From Octopus vulgaris (taxonomy: Eukaryota), in the NCBI GenBank assembly GCA_951406725.2, contig OX597826.1, positions 52,390,001 to 52,454,000 of the forward strand: a DNA stretch of 64,000 nt. The letters are read 5' to 3'. The notes under the pieces are model-generated. The model saw nothing but the letters and a program-made list of their open reading frames with translations. It was not told where the DNA came from and searched no databases. Position 1 is the stretch's first letter; each line of letters begins with the position of its first letter. The translations under genes were made by a program, and so were the position numbers. This document shows positions 12,560 through 24,494 of this stretch, piece after piece.

Positions 12560-15500
12560 GGCGTGCGACGTATGCAGACTTGACGGGTTGGAAGTATACA
12601 GTTACAAATCTGCACATAAGGCAGCAGGGTTCTTATCTTAACATCGCTAACATGTTTTCATGGACAGGAACTGTTTTCGGTGGAGAATCCTGCGTCTGAA
12701 CAGCCCGTTTAAGGAGACTACTGCACACCTGGATATATTGGGAAGGTGCTGGAAAAGGCGCGCTAAAAGTTGTCTGTCGTCTCTCTGCTGGTTAGTTTAC
12801 TGCGGCTAACGGTGGTTCAATTTAGCAGGAATGAACAAAGAATTGATATACACAATGATAATAAGTATGCAAGGAATAAGGTTTCTCTTAACCTGACCTG
12901 TTGGAATGTGGGAACTCTTTTAGATCGAGCAAATAGGCCTGAAAGAAGAACAGCTCTAGTAACTAAGGAGCTAAGGCGTTTTAATGTTGATATTGCAGCT
13001 CTTTCTGAAACAAGATTTTCAGATGAAGACAATCTTGTCGAAAGAACGGCAGCTTTCACATTATTCTGGGTTGGGAAGCCGAAGGGAGAAAAAAGGGAAG
13101 GTGGTGTTGGGTTTGCAATTAGAAGTGATTTGCTAAAAGACCTAGAAGAACCACAAAACATAAATACACGCATAATGAAACACCGGATCTCTCTTTCTTG
13201 TGGACATTTTATAACTGTTTTCTCTATGCTCCTACAATTTCAACAAGTGAGGAAAATATCCATGCATTTTATGAGGAGCTTAGATGAAGTATTCTGTCAG
13301 TCCCTTTGAACGAGAAGTTGGTTGTGCTTGGTGACTTTAATGCACGTGTTGGTAGAGACTATGGTGCTTGGAATGCACTTGGGCGTTAAGGAATAGGAAA
13401 TGTGAACAACAATAGGTTGCATCTGCTACAAATGTGCTCTGAGCTAAGGTTGATTGTTGGGAATACCTTCTATCATAAGATGAAACAAAGTTACTTGGAT
13501 TCACCCAAGATCAAAGCAAGGTCACATGATTGACTTTGTATTAACTCGGAAAGCATAGTATTGCGAGGTGCTGATTGTGATACTGATCACAAAATGGTTA
13601 GGACCAAGTTCAAGTTCAGGGTCCGTAAGAAGATTCATAGTGCAGGGGTACGAGTATCAAAGAAAATTGATGTAGAGCAGCTAAAATAACCGCAAGTTTT
13701 GCAGTTGTTTCAGAAGAGATGCAGCAATGTTCTTTTTGAAGATTCAGAGGTGTTAGGTTTTAAGAGGAGACAATACCGAGACTGGTTTGATTCCAATGGT
13801 ACAGTGATAAATGAGCTTTTAGCAACAAAGAGGTCGACTCATGAAAAGATTCCTGACCCAAACGTTAAGAACAAAGTTGTACAAGTCTCAGAAATCAGAC
13901 TTACAAAAAGAACTCAGGAGGTTTAGAGACACTTGGAGAAATCTGTCTGGCGACGTACAGACAGCCTATGACAGGAAAGGCAATAAAAGTTTCTATAGTT
14001 TATTGTGGCAAGCTTTTGGACCGCAATCTTCATCATCATATGTTCCCTTGAAGTCGAAATATGGAAATGAGTTTATTAAAATCCTCCTGGGATAATGAAT
14101 AGATGGAGAGAACACTTTGCAGATCTTTTCCACAATCTGTATATAGTGAACATGGATATCATAAACAACATTCCGCAAAGAGAGATAGTGCAATAGATGG
14201 ATGATATACCTTCCACTGAAGAAGTAAATCTGGCATTATGTAAACTGAGATCAGGTAAAGCTCCTGGATTGGATGGTAGTCCAGTTGAAATTCTGAAAGC
14301 AGGTGGGGATTATATTTCATCTGAAATTCAAAACCTGATAACTCGATTTTGGAATGTATGTGCCACAAAAATGGGTAAATGGCATTCTAATCTCTGTATA
14401 CAAGGGTAAGGGCCCGAAAGCAGTGTGTGGTAATTCTAGAGGGATAATTCTTTTGGCACATACCGGGAAGACACTTTCAAGGATTATGTTAGATCGTATT
14501 GTTGAGAATATGTCCACATGTGATTCCTGAAGAACAGGGATTTCAGACCTGAGCGAGGAACAATGGACATAATATTTTCTGTGAGGCAGGTTCAAGAGAA
14601 ATACTTAGAGGAACAGATGTCACTATACCAGGTCTTCATAGATTTAACTAAGTTATTTCACATGGTAAACAGGGAGGCACCATAGACAGTTTTGTGAGCA
14701 TTTTAAGAAACTACACAGAACCATGAAAGTTCAGGTACATTTCGGACTCACAATTAGTTTGGACAAAACCAAAGTGATGTTTACTCCCGTGCCAGGACAA
14801 AGATCTTGAACCAAACATTTTTGTGAATGGAACAAGGTTAGAAATCGTTGAAACATTTGTTTAACTAGGAAGCACACTGTCAAGAGATGGTAGTCTTGAT
14901 GCGGAGATATACTATCGAATAAGGAAGGGAAGTATTGCATTTGGAAAGCTCGAAAAGCGAATAGGGGCAGATAGAGGTATTTCCCTGCAGACAAAAATAA
15001 GTGTGTATAAAGCGTATGTATTGTCTGCACTTCTTTATTCAAGTGAGACATGGACCACTTACAAGCGTCACATAAAAATTCTGGAGAGATTTCATCAAAA
15101 GTGCCTCAGACGTATCTAAGGAGTCAAGTGGGACTGTTTCATACGAGATACAGAGGTTTTGCGCATGGCATGTTGCAGCTCAATTGAACATGTTATCTTG
15201 GCTCAAAATAGATGGATTGGACATGTTATTAGAATGAAAGACGAGCGTTTGCCAAAGCGTCTTTTTTATGGTGAGCTCAACTCTGGTAAGCGACCACAAC
15301 ATAAGCTGAGGAAAAGGTACAAAGACTGTGCGAAGGAAAACCTGAAGAAACTAGATATGGACAAAAGTGATTAAGAAAATGATGTTCAAAGTCGGAAAAA
15401 GTGGAGAGGTGCTGATAAGACTAGTTGTAATGCCTGGGAGGAAAAAATGATTCAGCACTCTGAACTTTAAAATACCTGTCGTAAAGAAACAATTAGAACT

Positions 15501-15920
15501 GTAATCAGCAGTGAACATTAGGTATGCATTATATGTGATCGTGTTCTGTTGTCAAAAGCAGGATACGTGAAACACATGAAGTCTCATGAAAATCGTAATG
15601 CCCAGATAGCTAATGATCTTGGACACCAAATACCTCTTACGACTTATGTCATATGTCAAAAACTTGTAAGACAATTATCTGGACTTAAAAGACATATGCT
15701 AGTTCACAAAAACATTATTTCAAAATCAGATTCCATAGGGAAAATACATAGAAGAAACTTGAATAATATCTGTCACTTGTGTTTTAAACCCTGTCAGCAG
15801 CTGGTCATATAAGTCATCTAAGGTCTCATCAACAGAGTGACTGTACTGTTTGATGGGGTGTGGTGTGTGTGTGTGTTGATGGGACGGCTATCATCCCTCA
15901 AGATGAAATAATCATCATCA
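12560..15920 (+). mobile_element. RTE-clade LINE: APE endonuclease + reverse transcriptase pseudogene with internal deletion and C-terminal C2H2 fingers
   Basis: APE motifs CWNVGTLLD, RRTALVTKELRRFNVDIAALSETR, GVGFAI, LGDFNARVG. RT motifs KAPGLDG, RGIILL, GFRPERGTMDIIFSVRQVQEK, FIDLTK, FGLTISLDKTKVM, RLPKRLFYGEL. The YADD region is missing (~14700). Many stops and frameshifts; short atc-repeat tail into (TA)n. The 5' boundary is approximate. Confidence 0.92.
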
Positions 15921-15973
<53 letters not shown>

Positions 15974-17257
15974 GTATGTATGTATGAATTTATATATATG
16001 TTTGTATGTATGTAATGGGCGTGCTTCGTGAGTATATAAACACCAGTATGGAAAGTGATAGAAAGGTATGTTCGAACAAGAAAAAAACATCCCGTTCTGT
16101 AATTATTCTGCTCTATTCACATAGATACCCTCTATTGCACTTGCTATTAGACATGCAATGAAATATCTGACCACCCTGTTGGAAACCTGTAATCAATAGA
16201 TGTTTTGATTATAAGATGTTTGATATAAAAATATCCAGAAAGCTTAATAGTTAATGTACAATAGAAACAACAATTGTTTGTATTCTGTAAAAGATTTGGT
16301 GACATGAAAGTACGCAAATAGCTGCACCCGGTAATAGGAGTGTCACAGACTCAGATCTCCGAGATTATAGCTTGGATTCTAGCAGACAGGAGAGAAAACT
16401 TAATACATACATAGAACTATCTGCACATACACGTACGTACGTACGTACACACAAACGCACATACACATACACACAAACACATATGTGTTTGTACGTATTT
16501 CTATTTATGCTTGAAGATTAATGTGTGCAGGATTGTGTGTATATTGGTGTGAGAGAAATAAAGCAGAAAAAGAATGACAGAGAAAGAGAGAGAGAGTGGT
16601 GGGAGAGAAAAAGAAAAAGAGGGAGAGTGAGAGCAGGAGGAAGAGAATGATATTGAAGGTGAGTGAACGGGTAGATTTTTGAGTATTTTTAGACATGATT
16701 GTTTATAAATAGCTTTTCTATAATCTGCATGACACTGAGTTGAATAAATTTTGAATAATCGATAACCACCCCCAAATTACTAATGATATCTAATAAGAAG
16801 GTACTGGTTATAAATAGGTGTTTTAACTAACGTTTATATTTGTAACAAACCAATATCGATACTACAGATATTATACTGGAAACTCAATTCTTGCATTCTT
16901 ATTTGATGGAGTTAGTAGCGAGCAAGTTTGTTTTGTGTTAAAGTTGAATGATTTCGCTCCTCCCATAATTCAAAAGGACTATGAAGAATCACTTTCTCTA
17001 ACTTGTGTGATTATGGCATTCTAGCTACAATGATTGTATTACGAGATTCCTATGATTAGATTTCGAGATTTAAAAACAGGCGATTCCTATTTCAAATGTG
17101 GTTAAGAGTTTGTTATGAAAAAAGTTGTTTGTTCCACGAAGAACATTGTTGCTTTTGCTGGTGTTTACCACTAAATTGATCCCGAATGAGCAGATCTATA
17201 TTCAAAGATAATCCAGGCCTGACAATATTATCTTGCGGTCAGAGGGAGAGAGAGAGG

Positions 17258-17319
<62 letters not shown>

Positions 17320-18584
17320 ATCTAGGACTAGGTAATCCAGTATGTCCACTGGGATGGATTGGTGGAAATGTTAGAGTCAGACGAAATGCTTTGAGTTTGA
17401 CCCTGCTGTATAAATTCTGAGATGAAATCATGCGAGACAACTTTACTTTCATTTTACCAGGGTTGATGAAGTAAAACATTAGACTAAAACTGGGGTCGTT
17501 GCGGTTTTATTTGAAATGATTTATTTATTTTCCGCATTATTTCTTTCTCCTGATGCTTGGGTGTGGTTTGTAGGAGATTTGGATGTTAGTTACAATAAGT
17601 CGAGCCACTGTGTTGATGTTCTCTGTAGTGTATATGTAAACGTAGTATGTATATGTAAACGTGAGGCATTCAAGCTATTTTGGTAGTCGTTTTGATTAAG
17701 CATAAATGCATAGAATTGGAGACATGCACCCCATTATTTAAGCTTCAATAGAATCAAATTAATTCAACGTAATAATCATAGTCTCAGAGAACTCCTTTTG
17801 TTGCTTTTGTTCTGCCTTACGTCAGATCTTTTTAGCCATGGTCATTATGCCTATTGTTTCACTGTGTCGATTCACGACTATATTTTTGTTTCTGATATTG
17901 TTTATACAAAGGTACATAATTTGCCCATAAAGCTATCAAGGACAGAGACATGAAAGTCTTTGTCTCATGTTTAAAACATACGTACTGTACATATTTTTTA
18001 AGTCCGCGGTTTTCCTCTTTCATTTGTTATATTGACTTCTTTAGGTAGGAAACCAGAGAAGTAAACAAGTTCAAAAAGGGAAATTCACAGAGCTTATAAA
18101 TAATTCATTAGAAATTCAAAGCGCCCATAAATAATTCACTAGAAGCTTTCTCGGATTAAAGAATAAGCTCACTTTTAGCAACGCATCGGAAATGATTTAT
18201 CGTTTATGAATAAAATGTCATATAACAAGGTCGAACTTCCCTTTTTCTACAACCCTTCTTTGTGAACATCTACCTGCTGCATCCCACAAATACGTAAATG
18301 TGTACGTCCATTCATCCAAATAGGTTCGTTCATTCATGCAAAAAGGTACGTTCAATGATACAAATGGATGCATCCATTTTCAAATATCTGTCTATGTAGG
18401 CACATTTTTGAATAACTTTATTAATTGAGATTTAAAAAATCCACTGTCTTTCTTTGATCGAAGCTTTGATAAAAACAATCAAGGCTAATGTAAAACTTCA
18501 TTAAGGTAACTAAATCTAAATGATTACCCTAATGGTAAAAGCGTTAATATATTTTATTAGACAAATTTGAACTCATTATTGTTA

Positions 18585-19045
18585 TTTGGTCGGTAAGGGC
18601 ATGCAATGTTCCTCTTCCTGATTGCTATGGCGAAAGAGATCGTGTGGTGAACGAGACTGAAAGGATTGAAGACAAACACTTTCCACTTCGGCCAAGTCTC
18701 ACTGACTTTAAAAATTTCTATTTGAAAAGGAAAGCGTGAGGCGCGTATGACCCGAGGGAGTGTGTCTACTCTAATCTGATACCTGTAGGCTGATGAATAC
18801 GGAAGAGAGAGGAGCACTTGCCATGGTGCACCTGGTGAGAAGGGTGGGCCGGGATCGGTGGGGTTTCTTGGTTGTCCAAGTGTAGCGATTTCCCCCTATT
18901 AGAAATTTTGTTTGCTAATATTTCTTTTTTTAAATTGATATTGCATGTATTGTTCATACGTTTCTTTGTAAATTCCCACTGTTCTTTCTCTTTGTATTAG
19001 CCTTGATATTTACAGCCCTTGTGACCAATAAAGAAAGAATTATTA
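18585..19045 (+). mobile_element. 3' end of an L1/Tx1-like LINE
   Basis: Remnant FLFLIAMAKEIVW*TRLKGL resembling L1/Tx1 ORF2 C-termini, followed by a T-rich 3' UTR and gtgaccaataaagaaagaa terminus. Confidence 0.5.
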
Positions 19046-19049
19046 TTAT

Positions 19050-20565
19050 CATGTAACTGTTTAGTATTTGTAGATTGAGTAGTTTGAGGCAAATTTCTAC
19101 TGCATCATGCGCTACACCTTCCTGTGCAGCATTGTGTGTTCTTTTCTGCTTTTGGAAGTGTGTGAACTCTTCCTGGTACTGTTTTGTGTTAGCTTTTTTT
19201 CCTTGAGATGCGGTGCTGGCTTTTGCTGTGTTACTGCTTGTATTGTGTGTTGAGTGTGTAATACTTTGGCTTTCTGACTTGCTGATGGGAACTTATTTCA
19301 CTGGGTAAATGCTGTGTAGAGTGTGTATTGTATTTGTGGGTTGTTTTGTTTTGGCTGTATTATCGAATTGATAGTGTCTTCTGTAGGATGTGGGCTGTTC
19401 CTAGCAGGGAAATTTTTTGACAATGTGTTGTGTTGAGGATCCAGGTATAGCTTATATATTTTTGCTCATATGACTTTTTATCATGCCTAATGTTCCAATT
19501 ATTATTAGTATTGTTTTTACCGTCATGCCCCACATTTTGAATACTTCAATTTCTAGGTTTTTGTACTTTGACAATTTCTCCACTTCTTTTTTGACAATAT
19601 TTTGATCAGAATGAATTGCAATGTCTATCAGTAAGCTAGTGATTTTTCTACAATCCTTGACTATTATGTCTGGGCGACTAGCATTTATTTCTTTGCCAGT
19701 TCGAACCGGCATATCCCAGATGATTGTGGCCTAGTCGTTGCCTTTTACATTACTTGGCACATGCTTATACCACCTGTTGTATTATTGGCATATTTTACAG
19801 TGGATTTAACTGCTTACTTTGTCGTGTCTGTGTATATATTCAGATTTGCAAAGGACTGAGCAACCCGAGATGATGTAGACAAACGTCTCATTGTGCTGGT
19901 TGCACATTCTGCATTTGGTGCTGAGTCTTGCTTTCATTATTTTGTTTTTATAATTGGTTGTAGTCAGTCATTAATCTTGTGCAGCGAGAATCAGTCCTTC
20001 CGCTTCGGCTTTTAGTCCTGGGCTTTTAAGCTATCGTTAGCTTTTACTTAGGCTCACTTCTCTGTCAATCCTTGCAGAGTACTGGCATGAAGTGATTTTT
20101 ATCTTCATTTATTCTTCAGTATCTTTTGTAATTCAATTTTCAAGTTGTTCATCCGAGGTGAGTGTGTTAGTATAGTTTGCCTCTGCTTTGTATTTGGTCG
20201 CCTCCTTGTGTACAGGGAAAAGCGTTTTCTTTTTCTCATGTTGCTTTATTACATGCAGTAGTCTTCTCCTCTTTGTTTCTAAGTACTTTGCTAGTCTAAC
20301 TGTTGTTATTTTATAGTCGTTTTCAATCTGTGTCAGGCCACGGCCTCCTTCTGAGCGGGGTAGCCGTCTACTTTGTAGTAGTGACTTCAGTATCATGTTA
20401 GTAGTTTCCTGGTTTTTCTATCTAGGTTTCTCAATTTATGTTAAAGCTGTAATTTATGACTGTTATGGCTAGCATGCTTATCCTTATTATTTTTAACAGT
20501 AAGTTCAGGTGTTTAATATTAGTCTAACTCTTCTGTAATACTCTCTCCTAATTTTCTCTTTCATT
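19050..20565 (-). mobile_element. R4/Dong-like LINE 3' part (restriction-like endonuclease), pseudogenised
   Basis: Minus strand: LPRSEGGRGLTQIE, LKAEAEGLILAAQD, zinc-knuckle remnant KCRMCNQHNET...IISGC, RHDKV, and IIWDMPVRT...SRPDIIVKD...LIDIAI...EKLSKYKNL...IIIGTLG. Confidence 0.88.
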
Positions 20566-20569
20566 CGAT

Positions 20570-20995
20570 GGGCCCGGGTGACCGAGACGTATCGTGGTAA
20601 TAAAACTACAATTCGGTCTTTGAAGGGGTCGGGATAGGCGCCTGCTACACGAGTCGAAGTAGATATGTGCGGAATTCCAGCGGCACTTTGTTGAATTTTA
20701 CGGGGTGCACGGTGACTTGGAGACGGAGGTGAACTTCTCTGATTACTTTGATGGTATGCCGCGGCTTTCGGCCAGGGACTTGGAGTTCAGCTAAATGTCG
20801 GTAACAACTGAAGATATATGTGATGTGTTGGCTAGTTGCTCGAGGGAGTGGTCTCCGGGATTGGATGATCTGTCCTTCAAGCTTTATATATACATACCAG
20901 ACTTGTTTGGTAAGTTTTTGGGAGATGTCTAGCGCAACTGGCAACAGAATGGGAGAATACTCGGATCTGTGAGCCGAGGTGTGGTGACGCTAAGT
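20570..20995 (+). mobile_element. L1/Tx1-like ORF2 fragment (region N-terminal to RT)
   Basis: GC-richer block encoding ...SPGLDDLSFKLY...DLFGKFLGDV*RNWQQNGRI.GSVSRGVVTL. Confidence 0.55.
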
Positions 20996-21235
20996 TAAGG
21001 GAGTTTGTTATTTCTAATAAGTAGTGTAATCACGACGAGGCTCCTTTTTGACTATAGAGAACAGTATTTCTAACATCTGACATAACAGATCATATCAACT
21101 CATCAACTCAGAGTCATAGCTGATACATCGAACAACGGAATGTGGAAAGATGCCTTGCTGTATATAAGTCCAGTTATAGATGGCTATCGTATTGGAGTAT
21201 CTAATCGTTTTATTAAAGCGAAAATGAAATAGGTC

Positions 21236-21297
<62 letters not shown>

Positions 21298-21299
21298 AA

Positions 21300-21724
21300 G
21301 GATCTTTTCGGTTTGAACGGCAGTTTTAACATAATTTCTAGGTAACTAAAAAATTTTAAACTTCGTATACTGGTAGAATGTGTTTATAAAACATCTTGTT
21401 CTCTTCGCTTTATTGAGAAAATTCTATAGTTTGTAAGATATCTGTTGTTTTTTTTCTTCAATTTCTGCAATTTCAACCAATCAAATACGTCTATTGAGGT
21501 AAAACACATTTGTATCGTATGAATATATCCCTCGTTTAAGAAACAGATTGGGTTTATTTACATTTGTGAAGAAAAAAAGATACCCTTCCCCCCACCCCTA
21601 AACCTAACTAACCCTAACCCTAAAAAAGATTGAAATGCAATAGATCGATACTAGGGTCATAATTATAGGTGACAATTTCATATGACACCGCTAGAAAAAA
21701 CTGCCGTTCAAACCGAAAAGATCC
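21300..21724. mobile_element. Non-autonomous DNA transposon (MITE) with perfect 28-bp TIRs
   Basis: ggatcttttcggtttgaacggcagtttt ... aaaactgccgttcaaaccgaaaagatcc. Inserted in a (GA)n tract; internal accctaa repeats at ~21595-21623. Confidence 0.88.
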
Positions 21725-21814
21725 TAAGAGAAAAAAAGAACGCAAGAAAGAAAGAAAGAGGGAGAGGGAGAGGGGAAGAGTGAAAGGAATAACTTTTACT
21801 AATGTACCAATATC

Positions 21815-22275
21815 ACTAGCTATATGTAGACCTATCTACACATGACCACATTAAGCAACTGCATGTATCAGTAGGCCTGTATGTAGGTCAAACTAATAAT
21901 GACTTCTAAATCGAACAACCGAAACTATCAGTATCCCTAATTACATGTAGGCCCAGCTACAGATCGTTACCAAATCGAGTAACTGAATGTGACAATAGGC
22001 CTATCCACATGTAGATCTAACTACATGTAGGCCTAGGTGCATGTTGACCTAGCTACACGTAGGCTTAGCTACGTGTATGACTAGCTGCATATATGCCTGG
22101 GTACATGTAGGCCTAAGCACATGTCGGCCTAAGTACATGTTGGCCTAGCTATACACAATCAACTCAATAAACATGTCAATGTTGCAATAGGCCTCGACAT
22201 CACTATCACATCGAACAACAATATGTACCAGTAGGACACACTGAGTGCAGCAGTAGCTCTAGCTACATGCACCTA
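21815..22275. repeat. Degenerate minisatellite-like array of ~20-bp palindromic units (acatgtaggcctagct)
   Basis: More than 12 variants of gtaggccta / ctagctacatgt. Confidence 0.75.
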
Positions 22276-22593
22276 ATTTATGAAAATGTGAAAGATTGAA
22301 GTGATGTGCTACAAGCATAGTCAAACAAGAACAGTCTGGAACCGGGGTCAGATTCTCTTTCCTGAGCAGACAGATTGGATAGTTTGTGAATTATTACTTT
22401 TTGGTTTCAAGTTATTTAGATTGATACACACACACACTCTCTCTCATTTTCTCACTGTCTGTCCTCTTCCATATCTCTCTCTCTCTCGCTCTCTCTCGTT
22501 TTCTTACTGTCTGTCTCTTCTCCCTCTCTCTGTCTCTATCATACGCAAACATAAGGTGAAGGCACAGTCATTATATCAATATTCCAGCTTCTC

Positions 22594-22797
22594 AAGACGA
22601 CGAGCTGGCAGAATCGTTAGCAAAATGCTTAGCGACAATTCGTCCGTCTTTACCTCCTAAGTTCAACTTCAGCCGAAGTCGACTTTACCTTTCATCCTTT
22701 TGAGGTCGAGAAAATAAGTACCAGTTGAGCACTAGGGTTAATCTAATCGATTTAGTCCGTTCCCCGAAATTTCCGACCATGTACCAAAATTTGAAAC
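22594..22797 (+). mobile_element. SINE family A
   Basis: gacgagctggcagaatcgttagc...gaagtcgactttacctttcatcc...; flanked by direct repeat caatattccagct. Confidence 0.85.
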
Positions 22798-24082
22798 CAA
22801 TATTCCAGCTACTCAATAACAGCCAAAGCATTTCCACAAAAATTATGGCCGTGGGGACTTAAATTGTTGGTATAGTCATGAAGTGCTTCGTTGTGTCTAT
22901 ATTTGTGACACTTAACATGAAACAACCCAGTCCATCTCTGAAAATTACCACAAGACAGGAAAAAGCTTGTTAAATGAATGACTGTTCGGTAGATCTTAAT
23001 TCAAAGTATCCTTGACCTAACGCTTGAAATGGTAAATGATATCTCAAATTGGCATACCTCTCTTTCTACCCCCCTCTCTCTCTCTCGCCATCTCACTCTT
23101 TCTCTCACTTTTTCTCTCTCTCTCTCTCTCCTCTCTCCATCTCCTCCTCCTCTCTCTTTCACTACACACAAATTCTTTTGCCTTTTATTTGTTTCGGTCT
23201 GTGGCCATGCTGGATCACCACCTTGAAGAATTTTAACACCTATCTTTTTAAGCCTGGTACTTATTCTAGTGTTATGATTATTACTGTTTATTTGTGATAC
23301 TGAGTTCGAATCTCTTGTGTGAATTATCGAACTTGGTCAGGATGGATTACAGCTATTTGGAATAGGCTGCATACATTCAGCCGTAAATTTCCAGAAACGT
23401 ACCTATAGCTTAAGGAATAGTCTTACCATTCAAGGAAAGCTATCGTCACTAAAGGAATCTCCTCATCACTCAAGGAATGTTCTTATTACACAAAGAATAT
23501 TCTCATCACTCATTAGAGTATGAGATTGTTATAATAAAAACATCTACACATTTACACATGCACACACATATATTCGTACACACACATACATATACATGCA
23601 TACATGGATATTTATAGAAGCATGTACATTCGTACGCGTGTATACAAACAGACATACACACAGACACACAGACACACACACACACACAAAGTAGTCTCAG
23701 AGAAACATTTTAAGAACTTTTGCCACAATGAACTATGTTGATGTAATAGTTGAGAAGAGGAACTCTCTAGGAAAGTACTCTTTTGCAAAGGGAACAGGCA
23801 TGGGACTATATTTAAAATTTTAATGCACTACTCTGTAGTTATTGGTTCAATCGCATTGTGCAATACCCGCGACAATATTTTCTAACTTAGCCTTAGAGTT
23901 GGCTTGACCTTACCGTTGTGAGAGGAATTTGGTAAATGAAAACTTTGCGGGATATAATATACGGCTTAATGTATATAAATAATATAAGCTGTACATAAAA
24001 CCTTTATATCATGCAATGTATATATATATATATAATAAAATGTATATAAATAATATAAGCTATACATAAAACCTTTATATTA

Positions 24083-24139
<57 letters not shown>

Positions 24140-24461
24140 AAACCATCAGTTGCTATCGGTACGATTTATCATTATGTACTATGCTGCAGCTTATGTCGAG
24201 CAGACATAGACACGCTTTCGAACCCTTCGTATCTCAGTGTAACATTCAGGATGTGGCAAACAGGAGAGGTAAAAGTGCAGCACCAGCACTTGACGGCCAC
24301 ATTATTTATCGACCGTGACAGAATAAAAAGCAAAGTTGATTTCAGAAGGGGTTTAAACTCAGAACACTGAAATCCGGAATATATATGGTTGGACATTCTC
24401 TCACCAACGTCCGAACGACGTATACAGACTTATACACATATATGCATGCATGTATGCATGA

Positions 24462-24494
<33 letters not shown>

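Noticed and set aside
23969-24087. ~47-bp direct repeat separated by (TA)n; faint ~20-bp periodicity at 23410-23510
   Set aside because: Ordinary local slippage duplications with no further structure.
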